A DNA stretch of 64,000 nt from Reclinomonas americana ATCC 50394. Its lineage: Eukaryota. Both the position numbers and the translations under genes were made by a program. Every line of letters begins with the position of its first letter. Position 1 is the stretch's first letter. Where the stretch lies: positions 19,934-83,933 of the forward strand of contig PS015058.1 of assembly GCA_048213135.1 (NCBI GenBank). The letters run 5' to 3'. The notes below the pieces were generated by a model, which saw nothing but the letters and a program-made list of their open reading frames with translations, did not search any database and was not told the origin of the DNA. This document shows, piece after piece, positions 57,674 through 64,000 of the stretch.

Positions 57674-58134
57674 TCTCTCTCTCTCATCTGACACGTGTGT
57701 GGTGATCTCTGATTAGCACGCTCACCAGCCAGATCCCACACAGTGAACTGCACATTCTTGTGCTTGACCACCTCCACATTCGACCTGTGTGAGAGTGCGT
57801 GTGTGAGAGAGTGTGTGTGTGTGTGTGGAGAGCGGACACTGTTTACCCAATCGTCGGTTCCGTTTGGATCACTTCTCCCATCTGCAACTTGTAAAGAATC
57901 GTGGTCTTTCCTGCTCACACACACACACTCAGCTCAGACACCACACTCAGCGCACACACACACACAACAACACACACCTGCGTTATCAAGTCCCTACAAA
58001 TGACACACACACACGTGTCAGATAACAGCACACATACACACACTCTCTCTCCTCCGCTCACTCACCAACATCACAATCTTGACATCTTCTTTGCCAAAGA
58101 ACTTGCTCCAGATCGACGAGAACAAGACGCCCAT
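56513..58134 (-). CDS. ARL5: Arf-like small GTPase, ARL5-like
   Basis: [74 protein letters not shown]|..[37 protein letters not shown] and CCAL-GEGL point to ARL5. Confidence 0.8.
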
Positions 58135-58240
58135 TGAAAGCAGAGAGTTGATGCGAGTTTACCGTTCAAATCCGTTCATCCGAGTTGTCTTTTGTGCACC
58201 TTCGTTGCTTGTCACACGTGCTCACACACTCACACACACA

Positions 58241-59832
58241 ATGAGCATCGGCACTAGCGCTGAGTTGCGTCTTCTCGCTGTGTCCTTGCGCGTCGTGCGT
58301 GTGTGTGATTGTGCGCCATGGCACTCTCCTCTCACACACACACTCTTCTCTCTCTTTCGCAGCACGCTGGTGGCGCAGCTGGTGGACGAGGTGGAGAAGA
58401 TGGCGTGCGATGCAGAGCGTGTGCGCGACTTGTGTCATCGTCTGGGCTCGGTGCCGGCCTCGCTGCGACCGCAAGTGTGGAAGGTACACTCTCTCTTGCA
58501 CGCACGCACGCACACACAGCGCTCACTCGCCACAGGTTCTGCTGGGCATTGGACCATATGATGGCGAGGGCATTGCGTTGGAGACTGTCGCCAGAGACTT
58601 GGATGAGCAATCGCATGTGCATGCGTCGGTGTTGTACGCATTCAAGCTGCTCTCAGGTCTCTCTGTATGCGCGCGTCACTATGTCATCACCAGTTGCTCA
58701 TCGAGCTTGGCGCCAGATGATCCGAGTGGTGCGGAGATATCCGTGTCGCCTGAGGACTTTGAGGCGGTGGCAACGTATCTGTGCAAGCGACGCGGCGGCA
58801 ACGCCAGCTCGTTGCAGTTGTGCACGCAAGTGGTGCAGACGTTGACGCCGTTGGCGCTGGCGGGATTCACGCCGGGTCAGATGGCGGTGGCCTCGCATCG
58901 GTTGCACACAAAGCTCAGTCAGCCGCTCCTCAATGTCACGGCCAATCGCGAGTGCGGTGCCACGTTCAAGTTGCTGCTTCGACTGCTGCTGCAGTACCAC
59001 GATCCGCAGCTGTGCATGTGGGCCGATCAGCAGCGTGTGGCCGCAGAGGACTTTGTGTTGGATTGGGTGGGTTGTTGCGATTCTCCACTGCTGCACTTGC
59101 TTTCCCATCAATTCATTCGTTTGACGCGCAGGCCACACGGCTGTTTGTCACCCGCTCGGACTCGATTGGTGCAGTGATGACCATTTGGGACTTTATGCTG
59201 ATGGCCGATCGCCTGTCGTATCAGCTGCACGTGCCGATTGCGCTGTTGCGTCATCGGCGAGCGGCCTTGCTCAGTGCGCACGAGGGCGATGAGTTGCGGG
59301 CGCGCATCTCGTCGGCGACGGTGCACACGGAGGAAGATGCTGCGCGTGTGTGTCGTGACGCCAGCGCGCTCGCCGCCATGACCCCAGCCTCGTTCGAGGT
59401 CTACCTGTCGCGTCTGATGGGAGCCTCCGCCGCCGACAGCAAGACACAGGACGTGATTAGCGCCATTCAGACTGCGTTTGTGATGCCGATTGAGGCGGAA
59501 GAAGTGGTGTTCCCGTCGTCCGACCCGAGAAAGGTGCCTACTACCACCACCTCCTTCTCCTGGTTAATACTCACACCATTGTTTCTTTCATCGGCAGCGA
59601 TTCGTGGTGTTGGATTGCCGCAGTGCTCGACTGTTCCACCGCTACCGACTGCCCACGGCTGTGCACGTGAATCCGTCGGTGGTGCGTGGTGTTGTTCATA
59701 TCCACTCTTGCTGTTTTCTCTCCACTTCTGCTGGCTGCAATTCCATCGCACTTTCCCTCTCTCTCCTCTCTCCCTTTCCCTCCTCCTTTCTCTCGCTCTC
59801 TCACTCTCCCTCGTCTCTCTCTCTCTCTCTCT

Positions 59833-59870
<38 letters not shown>

Positions 59871-62862
59871 CATACCCTGCCTGTCCTCTTCCTCCCTCTC
59901 TCTCTTCTTTTCTCCCTCCCTCTCTCTATCAACCTCCCTCCCTCTCGCTCCCTCCTCTCTCTCCCCTCCCTCTCCCTCCCTCCCTCCTCTCTCTCTATCT
60001 CTCTCCCTCCCCTCCCTCCCTCCCTCCCACTCCCTCCCTTCCCTTCCCTCTCTCTTTGCTCAACGCACACTTGTGTAACAGGGTATGGATCCGGAGCAGC
60101 TGATGGAGGCGGTGGAGTCGCTGAAGGCACTCAGTGGTCAGCCCATGTGCATGTTCACCACTGGGCGGCCCGACGCCATCGACGAGGAGAATTCGGCCAA
60201 GATGGTCCTCATGTCACTGCTGCGCGCCAATGTGCCCATGCTCACTTTCGGCCGCTGCGGTTACCGAGGTTTGTAGCGACAAGTGTTTATCGCGAAAGTT
60301 GTGTGCATGTCTGATTGATCTGTGGAATGCAGCGGTCACCCCCCACTTCAAAACGGGCAAGGCCGAGTGGATTGGCGACGAGGCCACGGGCACCAAGACA
60401 CGCATGCGCGATCCCGACTCTCTGCCGAAGAATCCCTACGAGGTGGACGAGAGCCAGGCGGAGGGCGGTGAGTGTCGTCGTCGGCATGTCACGCCCATGC
60501 GACGCGTTTGACTCACACACCTCACGGCGCAGAGTTTGAGCAGCAGAGCGGCGCGCAGTTTGTCAACATTACGCAGCTGGTGCAGGACTCGTCGTACCGC
60601 TTCTTTTTTGCACGCCGCATCAACGGCACGGTGGTGACGCCGCGATATTTTGTAATGGGTCGCGGCACGGTGATGAATCTGTCGCCGGCGCGCACCAAGT
60701 TGCACCACGCATACATCAAGTGGACGTGCACGGCGCACGACATTGTCAAGTTGACGCGGCCGTCGCCGCAGCACCGCAACGTGATCACCGTGCATGTCGA
60801 TGACAGGGTTGCGCGCTTTGCCGAGACCTACGACATTCAGTTGCGCACGAATCTGTTGTGCTTTTCTTGTCGCCCCCCCGCACTCATCTGGCCCATCCCG
60901 TGCAGCGACTGGGAGCAGTTTGTGGAACTTTTGCGTGTCATGCGCGCCAGCCCCGACGGCCAAGTTCCGTCGTCGACGCCCGCTTCCAAGCTCCCGCCGG
61001 GAATGGCAACTGCCGCCGCTGCCAGTGCTGCTGTCAATGACGCCGCTGCCAAACCGCGCAATTTCCTCACTGAAGACCTGTTGAGACTACCGCAGAGTTG
61101 CGCACTCGTTTACCATTGCCTCTTCTCTCGTCAATCAGCGACTGACTGTTTTGCTTGCTGTTATTATTGCAGGCCCGCTGAAGGCGCCACCGCTTCCACA
61201 ATCCACGCAGCCACCCACCACCGTGTCGGCCACGCCGTCGGCGAACTCGGCGCCACCTTCTCCGGGCCAGACCGGCTCTGCATCTGGTTCATCGCAACCC
61301 GCTGCCAAGCGACGACTGCTGCCGTGGGAGGAAGATGCCGCGCCGCCGCAGCCGGTGGCTGATCAGGCTGCCGCCGTCGTCGCGCCCCCAGCTGCGGAGC
61401 TCCCGTCTGCAGCAGTCGCTGTGCCACAGCCACCGGTGGAGGCTCCAGTTGTCGCTGCGCCACCGCCACCCGCTGAGCCTGTCGCTGAGGCTCCGCAATC
61501 ACCTGTGCACGAAGCCGCTGGATCACCAGTTGCCGCTGCTCCGCAGTCACCTGCTCAGCCGGTTGCCGAATCTCCAGTGGCAGTTGCTGCACCGGCATCA
61601 GCCGTGCAGGAAGCCGCTGGATCACCGGTTGCCGTTGCTGCTCCGCAGTCACCTGCTCAGCAAGCCGCTGGATCACCATCTGGCGCTGCTGCGGCTCCGC
61701 AATCCCCCGCTCAACCTGCCTTTCGCTCTCCAGTCGCAGTTGCTTCGCCGCCATCAGCCGTGCAGGAAGCCGCTGGATCACCGGTTGCCGCTGCTGCTCC
61801 GCAGTCACCTGCTCAGCAAGTCGCTGGATCACCATCTGGTGCTGCTGCACCGCCATCAGCCGTGCAGGAAGCCGCTGGATCCCCATCTGGCGCTGCTGCG
61901 GCTCCGCAATCCCCCGCTCAACCTGCCGCTCGCTCTCCAGTCGCAGTTGCTTCACCGCCGTCGGCACAAGCAGCCGCTGGATCACCAGTTGCCGCTGCTC
62001 CACAGTCACCTGCCCAGCCTGTCGCTGAAGATTCGGTTGATGCTGCTGCTCCACAGTCACCCGCACAAGCTGCCGCTCGTTCTCCAGTCGCTGTCGCATC
62101 ACCGCCGTCCGCTCAAGCAGCTGCTGGATCTCCGGTGGCAGTCGCTTCGCCGCCACCTGCCCAGCCTGTCGCTGAAGCACCGGTTGATGCAGCTGCCCCA
62201 CAGTCACCCGCACAAGCTGCCGCTCGCTCTCCAGTCGCTGTCGCATCACCGCCGTCCGCTCAAGCAGCTGCCGGATCTCCGGTGGCAGTCGCTTCGCCGC
62301 CATCTGCACAAGCTGTCGCTGAATCACCAGTTGGCGCTGCTGCTGCTCCGGAGTCACCAGCTCAGCAAGCCGCTGGATCACCAGTTGGCTCTGCTGCTGC
62401 TCCCGAGTCACCTGCTCAGCCTGCCGCACGGTCTCCGGTGGCAGTTGCTTCTCCGCCGTCCGCTCAACCTGCTCCAGTGGCCGTGGCTGTGGCATCACCA
62501 CCACCCGCTGCCGCCGTGCAATCCCCAACAGAGGATCCGGTGATTGCCGGCTCCCTGGACGAGGACGAGTTGCTGTCGGTCGAAGACACGGTTTTGGCAC
62601 CCAATGTTGCGTCGTAACAGCACATTTCATCCGTCACATTTCCACTCACCGCCTCGCCTTGCACCAGCCTGCCGCCGCCGCCGCCATGTCACCCGACATG
62701 GGTCTGAGTGAAGAGGACCTCCTGGCACTGCAGCTGTCGCCCACCAGCGGTGGCGATGCGACCGCTACTGTCGGTACCCCTGCAGGCGGTCCACCGGCGC
62801 CCACGGGCGTCATGTCACCCGCCGAAGACGATCTTTTCTTGATTGACGAGGACGAATTGTGA
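58241..62862 (+). CDS. TBC1D23: TBC1D23-like protein (TBC, rhodanese-like and PH-like domains) with a long Ala/Pro/Ser repeat tail
   Basis: VPASLRPQVWKVLLG; LRLLLQYHDPQLC..FVLDW; RFVVLDCRSARLFHRYRLPTAVHVNP; PH-like PRYFVMG..IVKLT; acidic end DDLFLIDEDEL*. Confidence 0.78.
61485..62530 (+). repeat. coding modular tandem repeat (units of about 14-15 aa such as PQSPAQPAARSPVAVA and SPPSAQAAAGSPVA)
   Basis: Near-identical nucleotide blocks recur, for example GCCGTGCAGGAAGCCGCTGGATC and CACAGTCACCCGCACAAGCTGCCGCTCG, all in one open frame. Confidence 0.9.
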
Positions 62863-62903
62863 AGGACGGTGGTGGTTGCTGGCGAAAATGTTTGCACGTG
62901 AAG

Positions 62904-62909
62904 AATAAA
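62904..62909 (+). promoter_or_regulatory. possible polyadenylation signal
   Basis: AATAAA 42 nt after the TBC1D23-like stop, in an AT-rich convergent spacer. Confidence 0.3.
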
Positions 62910-63022
62910 AAAAGAGATTTAAAAATCGGAAACACGTACGTACATTGTTGAAAACACCTCAAAACAAATAAACAATTAGGGGGGGGAGTCGATTCTTTTT
63001 TTTCTTCCTTGCCAACCACACC

Positions 63023-64000
63023 TCAACGCACGGGTCGTCGAGCTGCGGCGGGATCGGCAGCGGCGGCGGCTGGTGAGCCAGGTGAGCTGGCGACCGGCGA
63101 CGCAGCAGCAGCAACAGGTGATTTTTGCAGCGGTGCGTCGCATGCTCGCGAGAATTCGAGCCAGTTGACCAGCGGAACGGCACCAGGGTACAGCTGTTCA
63201 CGCGGGTCGACAAGGCCAATAGGTGCCGGATTGAGTGTCGGCATGCTGGGCGATTCGCTGTCGTCGGCAGCCGTCAGCATCTTGAAGCGCCGCAGCGTGT
63301 CGCATGCAGCGCGCAGGTTGAGCGGCTGATCGCCCAGCACCGTGTAGGCGGCAATCAGGGCCGCACTCATCGACGCCGTGCGCTCGGGGTCGGCGTTGAG
63401 CATCGAGCTGCACGCCGTCGTCACCTCATGCAGGCAGTGCCACAGTGCACCGTCCGACTGCATGGCAAAGGCACGGTGACGGGCCGCCGCCGAGAGTAAT
63501 CTCAAACCACGTTCCCAGTGCGCCACCGTCAGGCCACCACCGCGAGAGGCCAGCTCTCCCTTGTCGAGCATGATTTGTGCAAAGAGCGAGCACACAAACA
63601 GCAAGTCGCGCTCCAACTCGCGGCAGGCGTTGATCGATGAGAACAGGTGTGACTCGCGCTGGCACAACTGGTCGATGCAGAGGCCGCAAATCTCGCGCGT
63701 CAACTGATGCAGTCGTGGCGGGTGGCCGTGGAAGCGCAAGTAGCGCGTGTACAGCGGCGACAGCTCAAAGCACGTGCTCTCCTCGGCTCCCATGCTGCCG
63801 AGTCCACTCTGCAGCGCATCGGCCGCCAATCTCCTCTGCGACTCGGACAGGTTGATCGGCGCCACCACGCCGTCGTTGATCAGCTCGCGCATCAGGCCGT
63901 CCAGCACCGTCTCCAGCACCGCACCGCCGGCTAGCAACGGCGAAAACTCAATCTCCTCAAAGTGCTCCATCGCCAAGTTGAGCAACACGCTGCGCGTCGC
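63023..64000 (-). CDS. 3' end of an unidentified helical protein, truncated by the window edge
   Basis: Uninterrupted ORF of more than 320 codons with GC-rich coding-like composition; no family recognised. Confidence 0.6.
   Translation of the reverse strand, partial: ATRSVLLNLAMEHFEEIEFSPLLAGGAVLETVLDGLMRELINDGVVAPINLSESQRRLAADALQSGLGSMGAEESTCFELSPLYTRYLRFHGHPPRLHQLTREICGLCIDQLCQRESHLFSSINACRELERDLLFVCSLFAQIMLDKGELASRGGGLTVAHWERGLRLLSAAARHRAFAMQSDGALWHCLHEVTTACSSMLNADPERTASMSAALIAAYTVLGDQPLNLRAACDTLRRFKMLTAADDSESPSMPTLNPAPIGLVDPREQLYPGAVPLVNWLEFSRACDAPLQKSPVAAAASPVASSPGSPAAAAADPAAARRPVR

Noticed and set aside
61164-62630. 488-aa antisense ORF and 402-aa alternative-frame ORF
   Set aside because: Shadows of the Ala/Pro/Ser repeat exon; only the +61151 frame splices in phase with the flanking exons.

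Overview
This window is gene-dense, intron-rich nuclear DNA from a GC-rich flagellated eukaryote, probably a protist. It is not prokaryotic, so the ORF track mostly shows exon fragments and shadow frames. I spliced about 14 genes by hand: an orphan with a bacterial-like domain (+), an SK/KCNN-like K+ channel (-), a ~59-intron axonemal dynein heavy chain of the DNAH2 type (+), NUP93 (-), PSMD14/Rpn11 (+), FANCM/Mph1 (-), a possible small UBA-like gene (-), a Cys-rich multipass membrane protein (-), a bacterial-type SAM methyltransferase (+), an orphan (-), an FLVCR/SLC49-like MFS transporter (+), ARL5 (-), TBC1D23 (+) and a partial gene (-). Neighbouring genes nearly always alternate strand, with spacers of about 60-220 bp. 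The most striking signal is in the splice sites, which fall into two 5' classes: ordinary G|GTnnGy, and a one-base-shifted H|GTTnnGy class (mostly GTTGCGT). The shifted class appears almost only when the exon does not end in G (at least 40 donors here, 38 of them after a non-G). This suggests routine shifted-register recognition by U1, or a variant snRNA. Also present are three GC-AG introns with an identical AG|GCACGT donor and several microexons, including a 5-nt exon in the K+ selectivity filter. There are several N gaps, some flanked by pyrosequencing-like TACG noise. All gene models are manual and have no transcript support.
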